Source: Octopus sinensis
Lineage: Eukaryota
Length of the DNA: 64,000 nucleotides
Reading direction: 5' to 3'
NCBI RefSeq assembly: GCF_006345805.1
Contig: NC_043008.1
Coordinates: 14,260,001-14,324,000 of the forward strand
Part shown: piece by piece, positions 27,086-40,479 of the stretch
Layout: each line of letters starts with the position of its first letter
Position numbering within the stretch: the first letter of the stretch is position 1
The notes under the pieces: generated by a model
What the model was told of the DNA's origin: nothing
What the model saw: only the letters and a program-made list of their open reading frames with translations
Database searches by the model: none
Position numbers and translations under genes: made by a program

Positions 27086-28369
27086 CAGGCTGTTCCGTTG
27101 ATCGGATCAACTGGAACCCTCGTCGTCGTACCCGACGGAGTGCCACGGATTTATCCTTTTCATGTGCACTCGATATCATATATCATGCTATTATATCATT
27201 CCATGCTATTTGATACACCGTTACTTTTCTTCCTTGAACAACCTTATCCCACTGACCCTGCGAACAATTCCATTTTAGTGCAGTTTATATATATAAACTT
27301 TGCCTTATATCCTCTTCTTCTCATGGTTGGTAAAATAAGTACCAGTTTCGCACTGGCGTCGAGGCAATCGACTTGGTGGACTTATACATGAAAATATGTT
27401 GTCTATTGACTTCTATTACACATGCTAGCTGCAGGTATAATATATATATATATACATACAGGATGTACTTCGACACAGTTTCTATCTACCACATTCCCTC
27501 AGAATGTGCCTTGATCGTGCCAGAGCTATATTAAAAAAACACTTCCCCAAAGTGAAGCGTAGTGTGACTGGACCCAAAATTCCGCGGTTCCAAAGTGAGC
27601 TTCTTAACCACGCTGCAATTCCTGCGATTATACATACACACACATGCATACATACATACAGACAGGCAGAGAGACAAGCAAACAGGCGGATAGACAGGCA
27701 AATAGACAGACGACCAGACAAAAGCAATGGAGGTATACTGTTGACAATCCTCATTAGGGTGAAACTGTGCCGTCCAGTGTTCTAGCTTGGCAAGAGTTAT
27801 TTTTGCTACCTTCAGTATTTCCAGTGCCTTTAGCACAGCGGGTCTATCACAGACGCTATGTCGGGATGGACACCGCAGTAACTGTCCTATGAACTACGTG
27901 TATACCTGAAGTATGATCAATAGATAGCTATATAGAAATTGAACTAAGAGAAAGTGCTGACAGTGCCAGTAGGATAGGGTTGTTCAAGAAAGAAAAGTAA
28001 CGGCGTATCAAATTTAGAAAATTTTGAGACCTGTGGCTAGCTTGGGTAATAGAAGTCAATAGACAACATATTTTCATGTATAAGTCCACCAAGTCGATTG
28101 CCTCGACGCCAGTGCGAAACTGGTACTTATTTTACCAACCATGAGAAGAAGAGGATATAAGGCAGAGTTTATATATATAAATTGCACTAAGATGAAATTG
28201 CTCGCAGGGTCAGTTGTTCAAGAAAGAAAAGTAGCGGTGTATCAAATAACATGGATTGATATAATAGCATGACATATGATATCGACTGCACACGAGAAGG
28301 ATAAATTCGTGGCACTTCGTAGGTTACGACGACGAGGGTTCCAGTTGATCCGATGAGCGGAACAGCCTG
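27086..28369. repeat. Local inverted duplication, arms ~350 bp, spacer ~590 bp
   Basis: 27086-27437 is the reverse complement of 28029-28369 with scattered mismatches. Confidence 0.92.
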
Positions 28370-28465
28370 CTCGTGAAATTAACGTGTACCCTTAACGTAG
28401 TTCTCGGGGAGATTCAGCGTGACACAGAGTGTGACAAGGCACACCCTTTGAAATACAGGTACAAG
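28300..28465 (-). mobile_element. SINE-D 3' part
   Basis: GGAGATTCAGCGTGACACAG..CTTTGAAATACAG is the reverse complement of 33290-33360. Confidence 0.6.
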
Positions 28466-28469
28466 AGAA

Positions 28470-28670
28470 ACAGGAAGAAAGAATGAGAAAAAGTCCTGGT
28501 GAAAGAGTACAGCAGGGTTTGCCATCACCCCCTACCGGTGCCTCGTGTCACTTTAGGCGTTTTCGCCCAATAAACACTCACAACGCCCGGTCTTGGAATC
28601 GAAACCGTAATCCTATGATCCAAGGGCGGGTCCGCTGCCCTAATCAGTGGGCCATAACGCCTCCACGAAT
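28470..28670 (-). mobile_element. SINE-C (tRNA-derived), partial
   Basis: Reverse complement of the 32760 copy (CACTCACAACGCCCGG, GGAATCGAAACCG). Confidence 0.75.
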
Positions 28671-29040
28671 GAGAAATAAGCATAAGAATCAAGAATGCTC
28701 CGGAATTCAGAAGGTACAGAATTGTTGGGACTAATGCACAGCAGTGTACATGTGTTTCTACATCAACACACGTTGTTAGAACAGTGGTTGTTCTATCTAC
28801 AACAGCCGTTAGACTTAGATATAAGCAAAAAAGAGTAGAACATGTTTCTTGTTTAGGGCATTTTGTATCTATGAAGCAAAAGGAGGGAAGAGAAATAATG
28901 CTCTCTCTCTCTCTCTTCTCTCTTCCTCTTTGTCTGTCACTCTCGTTATCTCTCGTTCTTTCTCTGGATGTATTTGTTTGTGCGCGCGCAGACGTGTGCG
29001 GATATATATATGTATATATATAAATATGTAGGTATGTAAG

Positions 29041-29073
<33 letters not shown>

Positions 29074-29082
29074 GTGTGTGTG

Positions 29083-29133
<51 letters not shown>

Positions 29134-29212
29134 ATGTGTGTTGTATGTATGTATCATACAGACACTGACAGATATACATATATACGTACAGACAGGCAGG
29201 TAGAAGGACATG

Positions 29213-29284
<72 letters not shown>

Positions 29285-29930
29285 CAGACAGATGGATAGG
29301 ATGCATATATATATATATATATATATATTTATATTATATATATATGTATGTATATTCGTATATGTATATATGTGCGAGTGTGTATATATAAGAGTTGTAT
29401 ATATTTGTGTGTGCATATGTGTGCGTGATAATGTGTTGTGTGTATTTGTGCGCATAGATATATATACACATGCAAGCAATATCATTTACTTGGATGTTTG
29501 TTTTTATATTCATATATTATTGGTTCGGTTTCTTTTCAGCATTATTTCGTTTTCCACGTCACCTCACATTCCTCTCTTTTACTCTTTTCGCTTTTACTTT
29601 ATTTTTAATTGACTCCATTTCCCTCTTACTTGATCCTATATTCTTGGTCATTTCTATACAGATGTGTGTGTGTATCTGTGTGTGTGTGTGTCTCTCTGTA
29701 CGTGTGTGCCAGCCTATTTATGTGCATGCCTGTACAAGCGTATATAGAAATGTGTACGTATGTACGCACAGATATATTGACATATTCAGGCACACACATC
29801 ACACAAATACACACACACATAAATACATACACACACACACACACACACCACACAACATATATATATATATATAATATATATAATTATATATATATAATAT
29901 ATTATATATATATAAATATATATATAAGGC

Positions 29931-29962
<32 letters not shown>

Positions 29963-30213
29963 AACTTTTTGTTTTCCGGTGCATATACTCATCCGTGTGT
30001 ATGTGAGTGTATATATATATATATATATATATATACAAGTGAAATGTAGTTACATAGTTACATATTCTGTGTGTAAATATATATAATATATATATATAAT
30101 ATATATTATATATATATATATAACATATTTACATATATATGTGTGTATATATTTATATAACCCTCACAGAGACACACCAAATACAGATATACAATCACAT
30201 AATGCATACGCAT

Positions 30214-30244
<31 letters not shown>

Positions 30245-30245
30245 C

Positions 30246-30276
<31 letters not shown>

Positions 30277-31115
30277 TGTATGTATGTATACCTAAACATA
30301 TATCGCTGGAAGTAATTTCATTTATGGAAATAAAATATTCTCATACAAAATTTTCGATTCACTGATATATCTTATATCTGAAAGGAAATCTTTACTAAGA
30401 TTTTGATATCGGATAAAATTAAGATACAAACAAACAAACAAACAAACAAACAAACAAGAACAACAACAAGGGGAAACAATCAAGGAAACACAAGAGAAAA
30501 ATATTGAGAAATCCGTATTGAATAGCATATAAAAACCACAAAAGGAATCTATGTCATTATTTCCATTATATAAAATTCTTCATGAGTTTTATTTCTTTTT
30601 TAAAGAATTCCAATTACCTCTATACAGAACCGAAATAAAAATTAATTTCTACTTCAAAACCACAGTATTGTCAACATTCAGATTTTAGTTTAGGCTTCTT
30701 TGTAGCACATACATGGGCTCTCGTTTTTCTTTTTGTCTTTTTCCTTTCTTTTCCTGCTTCACTGTCCTTCTCTACTTTTACTTTCTCTACTTCTCTACTT
30801 TCACTTTCTCTTTCTCATTTTCTAACTTTGTCTGAGTCTGTCTGACTTTTTCTGAGTATATGTGTGTGTGTGTGTGTGTGTTTATGAAGTTTGTCTTGTT
30901 TTCTAGTTTTTCTCTCTTCCTTCCTGTCTCCTCTTGGTCGTTTTCCGACATTTTCTCAACCCATCTATTTCTCTTCATCATATACACAAATTTCTCCATG
31001 TTCCCTTCTTCCTTCCTCGCATTCTCTCTCTATTCCACCTCTCTCTCTCTCTCTCTTTCTCTCTCTCCACTCTCTATACACACACACATAGATAGACAAA
31101 TAGATAGATAGACAA

Positions 31116-31165
<50 letters not shown>

Positions 31166-31166
31166 G

Positions 31167-31214
<48 letters not shown>

Positions 31215-31328
31215 GATAGGTAGACAGGCTTACATATCGATAGATAGATAGATTGGTATTAGGTAGGTAGGTAGGTAGGTAGGTAGGTAGGTAGGTAGGT
31301 AGGTAGATGGATAGATAGAGAGATAGAG

Positions 31329-31409
<81 letters not shown>

Positions 31410-31465
31410 CAAGGAGAGATAGCTCTTTTACTTTCTCGCTCTCTCAATGCATATATACACGCACG

Positions 31466-31567
<102 letters not shown>

Positions 31568-31569
31568 AT

Positions 31570-31751
31570 AGGGAGAATTCACAAAAAAACAAAGGACGAA
31601 GACAGGTGGTGTAGGAAACAAACATATGTATTAGTATAACGCTCGGGAATCGAAAAATTCCTTTACGTTTCGAGCCTACGCTCTTCCAAAGAAAGGAACA
31701 GAGAAAGAAAGAAGGAGAAAAACAAGGGGAGAAAAAATATGTGTAGTGGCT

Positions 31752-31757
<6 letters not shown>
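31570..31757 (-). mobile_element. PLE-I short unit with HHR (core mutated to CTTTGGA)
   Basis: Homologous to 41488-41690; (TA)n on both sides. Confidence 0.8.
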
Positions 31758-31814
<57 letters not shown>

Positions 31815-31818
<4 letters not shown>

Positions 31819-31985
31819 GGAGTAAACACATAAATGTGAAACAAGGTGGAAAAAAGAGTACTCAAATACCAGTGGTAGAGTAATATGCTTTATTTAAAGC
31901 AGCAGAAAATTCAACAAAATCTGTTACTGAGTTTCTCGTTGCCGTTCATCAGACAGTTTTTGCTAGAAAACTGTCTGATGAACGA
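31815..31985 (-). mobile_element. PLE-II terminal unit with canonical HHR and terminal snap-back
   Basis: Minus-strand CTGT CTGATGA ACG GCAA CGA GAA ACTCAGT A ACAG at 31921-56; 18 bp inverted arms CGTTCATCAGACAGTTTT / AAAACTGTCTGATGAACG. Confidence 0.8.
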
Positions 31986-32004
31986 TAAATATATATATAT
32001 ATTC

Positions 32005-32195
32005 GACAAGATAGATCGCTAGCTACCAAACCATTTTCTATTTTCTCTCCCTGTTTATTTTTGTGTTCCTTTCTGTCGAAGAGCGTAGGTTCGAAACGTT
32101 AAAGACTTTCTCACTTCCCGAGCGTTAAACTAATATATCTGTTTGTCGTTTACACACCCGTGTTCGTCTTTTGTTTTCTTGTAAATTCTCACTAT
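32005..32195 (+). mobile_element. PLE-I short unit with HHR (core CTGTCGA)
   Basis: CTTT CTGTCGA A GAG CGTAGG TTC GAA ACGT T AAAG at 32069-32104. Confidence 0.8.
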
Positions 32196-32230
32196 GTATA
32201 TATAAGTATATGTATATATATATATATATA

Positions 32231-32279
<49 letters not shown>

Positions 32280-32285
32280 TATATA

Positions 32286-32665
32286 TACCGGAGTAAACAC
32301 ATAAATGTGAAACAAGTGGAAAAAAGAGTACTCAAATACCAGTGGTAGAGTAATATGCTTATTTAAAGCAGCAGAAAATTCAACAAAATCTGTTACTGAG
32401 TTTCTCGTTGCCGTTCATCAGACAGTTTTTGCTAGAAAACTGTCTGATGAACGATAAATATATATATATATTCGACAAGATAGATCGCTAGCTACCAAAC
32501 CATTTTCTATTTTCTCTCCCTGTTTATTTTTGTGTTCCTTTCTGTCGAAGAGCGTAGGTTCGAAACGTTAAAGACTTTCTCACTTCCCGAGCGTTAAACT
32601 AATATATCTGTTTGTCGTTTACACACCCGTGTTCGTCTTTTGTTTTCTTGTAAATTCTCACTATG
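32286..32665. repeat. Second copy of the ~470 bp PLE-II(-)/PLE-I(+) unit
   Basis: Nearly identical to 31815-32195; HHRs at 32390-32425 (-) and 32538-32573 (+). Confidence 0.93.
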
Positions 32666-32675
32666 TATATATAAG

Positions 32676-32718
<43 letters not shown>

Positions 32719-32759
32719 CCCATGTGGGATAGGTATGGAAAGAAGCAGGAGAAAAAGTG

Positions 32760-33060
32760 AATGGCCCGGTGGTTAGGGCAGCGGACACGCGGTCATAGGA
32801 TCGCGGTTTCGATTCCCAGGCCGGGCGTTGTGAGTGTTTATTGCGCGAAAACACATAAAGTTCCACGAGGCTCCAGCAGGGGGTGGCGGCGATCCCTGCT
32901 GTACTCTTTCGCCACGACTTTCTCTCACTCTTTCTTCTGTTGGCCTGCTCGCTGAGCCAGCGTGGTGGCGTCATTTGAAAGCTAAAACAATGAGAAGCGC
33001 ATTGTGACCAGGGACGCGTAGCAACATCTGATAGCCTGGTCGGTCACGTGATCACGTGAT
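32760..33060 (+). mobile_element. SINE-C, apparently full length
   Basis: A-box-like TGGCCCGGTGG, B-box-like GGTTTCGATTCC; ends in CACGTGATCACGTGAT before (TA)n. Confidence 0.8.
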
Positions 33061-33149
33061 ATATATATATATATATATTTATATCACAAATGATTTTAAA
33101 AAGTATTCGTGTGTCGATATGTATTAATATATGTATACGCATTTAAGTC

Positions 33150-33375
33150 GAGGCACATGGCGTAGTGTCAAGGGGACTCGGTTAGCGATCGTACGGTCGT
33201 GAATTCGATACCGGGCAGTAAGTTCTGTCCTTCAGCAAGGCTCTTGGTTTCACGTTGTTCCAGTCCACTCAGCTGGCAAAAAGTAAGTTATAACTGTAAT
33301 TCAAAGGACCAGCCTTTTCACATCCTGTGTCACGCTGAATCTCCCTAAGAAATACGTTAAGTGTACGCGTGTGTG
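33150..33375 (+). mobile_element. SINE-D (tRNA head plus CORE-like block)
   Basis: TGGCGTAGTG, GAATTCGATACC, GTCCTTCAGCAAGGC..CCAGTCCACTCAGCTGG. Confidence 0.65.
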
Positions 33376-33429
33376 TATGCAGGAATATATATATATATGT
33401 TTGTGTCTGTGTGTGCGTGTGTGTGTGTG

Positions 33430-33835
33430 TTTACTCTTTTACTCTTTTACTTGTTTCAGTCATTTGACTGCGGCCATGCTGGAGCACCACTTTTAGTCGA
33501 GCAAATCGACCCTGGGACTTATTCTTTGTAAGCCCAGTGCTTATTCTATCGGTCTCTTTTGCCGAACCGCTAAGTGACGGGGAGGTAAACACACCAGCAT
33601 CGGTTGTCAAGCAATACTAGGGGGACAAACACAGACACACAAACACACACATATATATATATAAACATATATACGACAGGCTTCTTTCAGTTTCCGTCTA
33701 CCAAATCCACTCACAAGGCATTGGTCGGCCCGGGACTATAGCAGAAGACACTTGCCCAAGGTGCCACGCAGTGGGACTGAACCCGCAACCATGTGGTTGG
33801 TTAGCAAGCTACTTACCACACAGCCACTCCTGTGT
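33430..33835 (-). mobile_element. SINE-B, full length
   Basis: Reverse complement of 25005-25416. Confidence 0.93.
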
Positions 33836-34387
33836 CTATTTATTTATTAATGTGTGTATGTGTGTATAGCTTTACCCTTCTTTTTTACTCTCTCTCTCTT
33901 TTCATTTCCTCACTGTCTTTCCCGTCCCCTTTCTCTTCCTTATTTCTCATTTCCCTTTTTCAACATCCTCTTTCTTTTTACCCTATTTCCCCTCCCCACT
34001 CTCCCTTCTATTTGTTCTTGTCACTCACCTGTTAAAACCTGATGAACAAATATTTTCCCTCTTGTTTCGTCCACCCGCATCTTTTTCTAAGTTTACGCAT
34101 TCGCTCTTTCCTACTCCATCACACTCTCTATCACACTTCCTCTCTATGTCTCCCTCTCTCTCCCACTCTCCCTTTCTCTTACACACACACGCACACACAC
34201 ACGAATGCACGCACGCACACAGTTCATTCTTTTGGGTTCTTTCTATTAAAATTCCTGATTTTATCACACACATAAATAAACACATTTTTCTCTCTCCTTT
34301 CTCTTTTTCTCTTTTCCTCCCATCTATCTATGTATACACCCCCACACACACATATACTCACACATACATACACAGACACGCATACAC

Positions 34388-34457
<70 letters not shown>

Positions 34458-35262
34458 CTCTGTCTTTCTCTTTGTGTGTCTTTTTCAGACAAAGATTCTT
34501 TGGTGCTTATATGAACTTTTTACCTGTCTTAGAAAATAATAAGACGAAGCATCTGTGTAGTTGATCGACCTGCCACGAACTATAAATATGGCCCCTTTAA
34601 GGGATCTGTCCATCATACCATTTGTATTAGGTACAACTACAGCTTGGAATCATACACAATAGCGTCAGCAAATATACTGACATGTTAGCTATAAGGAAAG
34701 ACATGTTCCGAAAATAGTAATATTAACGTTTGTAAATATTGTTAGAAGAATCTCACAAAGCATATACTAACACAAAATAACGATGTGCATGATTTTGAAA
34801 GGAAGGCAGGAACTTCGTGATATATCTCTGAAATAATCAATAGTAGGCGCGAGCGGAGGTATGTGCTTAAAGGTAGGAAGAGATCGATTGGAAATCGTGT
34901 GATTTTGAGATCGAACATACTACCCGCCTCTATGGCGATTGATTTCGACTATGATTTCGAGCTGATTGGCGCAATATCAGATTTGGAGATTCGGTGATTT
35001 TTGTAGATGGAAGCTACGCTGTGGCCCTTGGTGTACACACTCACACATACACACAACGAAAGCGCTCCCAATTTAGAAAAAAAAGGTTAGTAACACCTTC
35101 ATAAAAGATTTCATAAAAATTTTTTTAGTTATTTATATTTTAACATTTTTTTAAAAACCACCTTTACACTTCAAAATCTGTATTAAGTAAACCTCATAGA
35201 TTTTCATATATGTGTATGTGTGTGTGTGTGTGTGTGTGAGTGTGTGTATGTGTGTGTGCATC

Positions 35263-35294
<32 letters not shown>

Positions 35295-35325
35295 TGTGTG
35301 CATGTGTGTGTGTGTGTGTGTGTGA

Positions 35326-35368
<43 letters not shown>

Positions 35369-35394
35369 TATATATTTATATATATATATCTATT

Positions 35395-35540
35395 TCCGTC
35401 TACTAGAGCCATTCACAAGGCTTTGGTCGGTCCGGGGCAGTAGCAGAAAACTCCTGCCGAACTTTCCACGCAGTGGAACTGAACCCAGATACATGTGGTG
35501 GGGAAGCAAGCTTTTTACTACACAGCCACGCCTACACCTA
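35395..35540 (-). mobile_element. SINE-B, 5' half
   Basis: Reverse-complement head (ACACAGCCACGCCTAC, GGAACTGAACCC). Confidence 0.7.
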
Positions 35541-35560
35541 TATACTTATCAATAGTACAT

Positions 35561-35653
<93 letters not shown>

Positions 35654-35662
35654 CAGACATAC

Positions 35663-35693
<31 letters not shown>

Positions 35694-35719
35694 CAGACGG
35701 ATGAGAGAGAGAGGGAGAT

Positions 35720-35840
35720 AAATATGTTTCTTTATTAGCCACACAGGGTTGAGCACACAGGGGACAATTTACAAAGTAGAGGTTTTCTTTTGGGGGAGAA
35801 AAAAAGGGAGGGTAGGTTTTCGATCAAAATAGATATTAGA
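35720..35840 (-). mobile_element. Tx1/L1-like LINE 3' UTR tip adjoining (GATA)n
   Basis: TTCTTTATTAGCCACACAGGG..GGGACAA..GTAGAGGTTTTCTTTT matches 51505-51570. Confidence 0.65.
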
Positions 35841-38377
35841 GTGGAAAATGGAATTAACACTTTAAAATAATAGTTGTCGATATAAAGACAATGCGCTTGC
35901 GTGATTGCATTCAGATAACTAAAGCGGTAGGCGTTCTGTAAGATTTTTCTTTGCCCTGAATAACTATGATTATTTCAATCTGACAGGGAACGACTTACTC
36001 CTTACTATGTTCATCTGCACAGATGACAGACTTCTCTCCAAAAACGGCCTCCATTCTGTAACATAAACGTAACTCACGTTACTGCTACAAAATACAAACC
36101 TCAAAATAACAAATAATTTCAGACATTTTCTACAAAATTACAAACGTATCACTGAAGTAATAATAAAAGATTGATGAACAACAAGTTCTGTTCCATAGAG
36201 TGTCACCTTAAAAGAGAACGCTTCCTCTTCACTTGAGCTGTACCTCTCCTCGTAGATGTTATTGCGTTTTCCATAGCTTTCTATGAGCTTCTTTTTGACT
36301 TTTAACCTCCTTGCCAGACTCCCGTAACATCCAGCCATTACCAATCCTTAAAAGTGGATTGCCTGGTTGTATTGTAAGTATGAACTTGCTGGTGATTTAC
36401 AGCTCGTTGTTGACACAGCTGCTGAGGAAGATTCTCAAAGCTTCCTCTGGATTAGAAGGGAAAGGAGTAATTTTAACTTTGGTCCTAGTAAAACGTACAG
36501 CACAATTCATTTTGACGACTGTAAACTTGTTCACGGAGCTCCCATGCAATCATCAACCTTCTTAATTTGTTCTTACTGCTTTTCTTCTTTTGGATTTTCT
36601 GAAAAATTCCTTAAACAGCTTTGGGTGTTCTGCCATCGACGGTAAGGTTTTAGATCTTCCCGTCAGTATTATCTACGAAAAACTAGCATTGTTTGTGAGT
36701 TTGTAGGGTCATGAAGATTTGTATGTTCATGATGAGCCCACCCGACCAAATTGCAGGAATTTACGTCTGCACTGGCCACTTGCTAAGCAAACTTAGGCTG
36801 CTTCCCTTTATTAGCGCACCTCGGTGGCGGTTTATGATAGGTTGGCTTTTATCTAGTGGATAATCAGTATAAATTATGTGCAAGGGTTCATAATTAAGGG
36901 GAACAAATAGGTCCGTGAATTTTGAGTCAGAGCACTTACGATACTGATCAGTTCTGTCAGTTTCTTTCAAGCACCGGAATCCGTCGTCCTGGAAGGAACA
37001 ATAAGTAGTTCGAGTATCGAATTGACGGAGAAATGATCCCTCTTTCGACGGTTAATTTAATATAGCATTTGATAAACATAGACCCTTAGGAACGCTCTGT
37101 TATTCACATGTTCCACAAAGTGGCATATCATCTCTTAGCATATTTGTACATGATTTTTTTTTCAAATTGTTCTTCAACATTTGTTTGGTCTTCCATTTGT
37201 CGATTGTATTCAATCCGAAGCTCCGTGATAACCGTCTCGGTGATGTAGTCAACTTGGAATTTCCATTGCCTTCTTATGACGTGATGGTCACATTGCTTTT
37301 CTTTAGCCCGACTTCTGAGATACAGTTGCAGTTGTAAAGGAGAATGTCTTTCCACATTGTTCTCAGTCATAAATAACAAGGAGAGAGTCACACTGGTCTT
37401 ATATCGCTTGATGGTGATTATTTTTGCTACACTTTTGCTAACACCTTTTCTGATTGCCACACAAGGGTAACTAAAAAGCCTTCATTTTGATGATTCACAA
37501 ATAGGGAATTTTCTACATTGACAAATTTTTCAGATATACAGTTTCAATCTTGACAAAATTTTGCTAGACTATTTGCTCTGGTACAAACGTATTCACGTAC
37601 AATTTCTTCGTTAACTAACAACGTAGACAGACACTACCAATTTCAAAAACAATTCCGTTTACACTTTTGATCGGGATGTGTATGAAATACGTTGTGCATG
37701 ATATCGGTGTTGATGGTGGTAATGTTGCTAACAATATCGTCCACATTTTCTGTTTCATTGCTAATAAATTTCCTACAATATCGTCTTTATTGAACTGTTC
37801 CCATTTGCACATTTAATATTGTTAATTTTATTGTTTTTTTACATCTGTAAATTGTATTCTGTCAGTTTTGAATTGGGAGAATGTTCCCGTTTATTGCTGT
37901 TGTGGAAGCCATTTTTCTACGGGTCTGTTAGCTTCCGAAAAATATGTTTTAATAAACGGACCTTGAAGCATTCCTCGTGTAAGGGGGAAACGCGCTTCTG
38001 GGTTTTCCTATAGAGTTGCTTTATAAAAATGTCGAAAGGAATAACTTTCCACATGTCTTGTCAGGTAAGGGAACTCTGGCAATAACGACATATAACAAAA
38101 ATAGCAACAAAAAAACAGAAAAATGATTATTTCAAGTTTTGAAAGAAGACCAGTAATTCTGAGTGAAGCAGCAAGTTGATTCATATCGACTCCAGTACAT
38201 GACTGGTATTTTATTTGACCAACCACAAGAAGAGGAAAACCAAGGTTGGCTTCCGCGGCATTTGAGCTCAGAACGAGCAGAGTCGGAATAAAAGCCGCTA
38301 AGAATTTTCTCTGACATCTTAACGGTTCTGCCAGCACAATGCCTAATAATAATAACAATAATAATAATAATAATAAC

Positions 38378-38442
<65 letters not shown>

Positions 38443-38693
38443 TAATAATAATAGGTCTGCAATTAGAGAGGTACCATCCACTCTTGCCATTTTCGCAACT
38501 TTCACCCACGTACCTAGTGGCCAGAAGAATGTTTGCTTGCTGTGTTTTTTTTAACTGCAGACTGTTTTCTTTCCTTCTAACTTTTTTGTGACTTTCTTTT
38601 TATTGAACTGTTTTCATTTTTCCTTCCTTCTTTTTTGATTTAAAAAAAAATTTTTATGTTGAATTGTTTTTGAACTTTTTATTAGAAGAAAAT

Positions 38694-39132
38694 ATGGCAA
38701 AGAACAAGAATAATGTTTTGGAGTGGGAAGTTGTCCGTTGTCCCACTCAAACAGCGGTTGAAAGACTGTGAAGAGAGGCTGGGGGTGTTGAGAACTTGCT
38801 CCAAGTCACTCGACATCATCGCCCTATTTCAAAAGTCTGTTATCGAAAGGGAGTAGGCAGAGTATCTGCCAATTATTAAATTCATCTCCAATGGGATCAA
38901 ATATAAAGCGGTGTGGTTGCTATTTGACACCCCTGAGGAGGCTCGCAAATTTGCGAGCCAGCTCTTGGAGGGCAAAGAGATTTTGCTTCTTCCCACATAT
39001 TGTGAGAAGAAGTTGACAAGAGCTTGGTTCTGCGGGTTGCCGCTCGGGATAGAACCCGATTGGATAGAGGAGACTATCCGCCGGGGTCTGTGTGGCAGCG
39101 GAGCCAAATTCCTCAATGTGAAAATTGAGTAA
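38694..39132 (+). pseudogene. Probable ORF1 N-terminal fragment of a Tx1/L1-like LINE
   Basis: Across frameshift/stops: LDIIALFQKSVIERE*AEYLPIIKFISNG..LFDTPEEARKF..TRAWFCGLPLGIEPDWIEETI (RRM-like pattern recalled from L1/Tx1 ORF1); GC-rich island after a T-rich leader. Confidence 0.5.
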
Positions 39133-39774
39133 AATTCAAAACACCATTATCACCACTAAACTATACAATCAGCTCTAATCTATACTTAGCTACATTGTCG
39201 CCTTCTCATAATGCCAGTTATCACTAAATTTTATTTCTACCATTAAATTACACTATCATATTCTGAACATTAAACTACTTAATCAAAACATTACACTGTC
39301 ACTCTGGGTTACCATTTCACCAAAAAGCTTCACTGTTTTCCCTAATCTATGCAGTAATCAGTAACTGTCTTCTGAACAGAAAGCAACATTTTTGTCTCAT
39401 TAAATAACCACCGCTTCCCCTAAACTATACTTTAATCAACAAAGTACACACTACCAGCAATAAAGTGCATTGTAATCGGTAAATCACAATTCTGCCATTA
39501 AACTACAATGTCATGTATATATTTTATCAGTATACTATTTAATCTCTGCACCATATACTTTCATTCTCAGCTTTTGGATATGCAACTTTATTGAGATAAT
39601 ATTTTATGAACAAGCCACAATATTTTGTTTGACACTGGAAGCCTTCTGTTCTTTTTTGTAAATCTGCCATGGATGTTTATTTATTCACCAGATGTACCAC
39701 CAGTGGCCCATAGATTAACTTCACGCAACAGTCAATTTTTAAGTCTTCTTCTCAGCACCATTAGTATTTTTGTA

Positions 39775-40012
39775 GGGAGGGCGGCGAGCTGGCAGAATCG
39801 TTAGCACGCTGGACGAAATGCTTAGCAGTATTTCGTCTGCTGCTGCGTTCTGAGTTCAAATTCCGCCGAGGTCGACTTTGCCTTTCATCCTTTCGGGGGC
39901 CGATTAAATAAGTACCAGTTGCGCACTGTGGTCGATGTAATCGACTTAATCCGTTTGTCTGACCTTGTTTGTCCTCTCTGTGTTTAGTCCCTTGTGGGTA
40001 GTAAAGAAATAG
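39775..40012 (+). mobile_element. SINE-A with 11 bp TSD
   Basis: TSD GTATTTTTGTA at 39764-74 and 40013-23. Confidence 0.93.
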
Positions 40013-40479
40013 GTATTTTTGTACGGTCATGAGGATTTGTATTTTCATGATGAATACAGCCGACCAAATTGCAGAAATTTACGTCTGCACTGGCCACTTT
40101 CTAAACAAGACAAAGCTAGGCTGCCTCCTTTCATTTTCGGATTTTAGATATTTAATCTCTGCACCACATACTTTGGTTCTCAGCTTTTAGATATGCAACT
40201 CTGTTAAAGATAATTTTTTTATGAACATGCCACAATATTGTGCTTGATACTGGAAGCATTCTATTCTTTCAGGTAAATTTATTATGAATATTGAACAAGT
40301 TAACTGTCACATGCACCATCGGTAGTTCATTGTTTAACTTCACACAAAAGCCAGTATCAGGCCGTGGTGGTTAACGTGTTAATAATAATAACATAGGGGA
40401 GCATTCGTATTGGATCAATAGTTAATATAATTATAACGACCTTTTTACTTAGCCTAACCTAAAAGTTGGTTGAGATAAA

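Noticed and set aside
32760-32830. tRNA gene candidates at SINE heads
   Set aside because: A/B boxes continue into SINE bodies and no complete cloverleaf is seen; scored as SINEs
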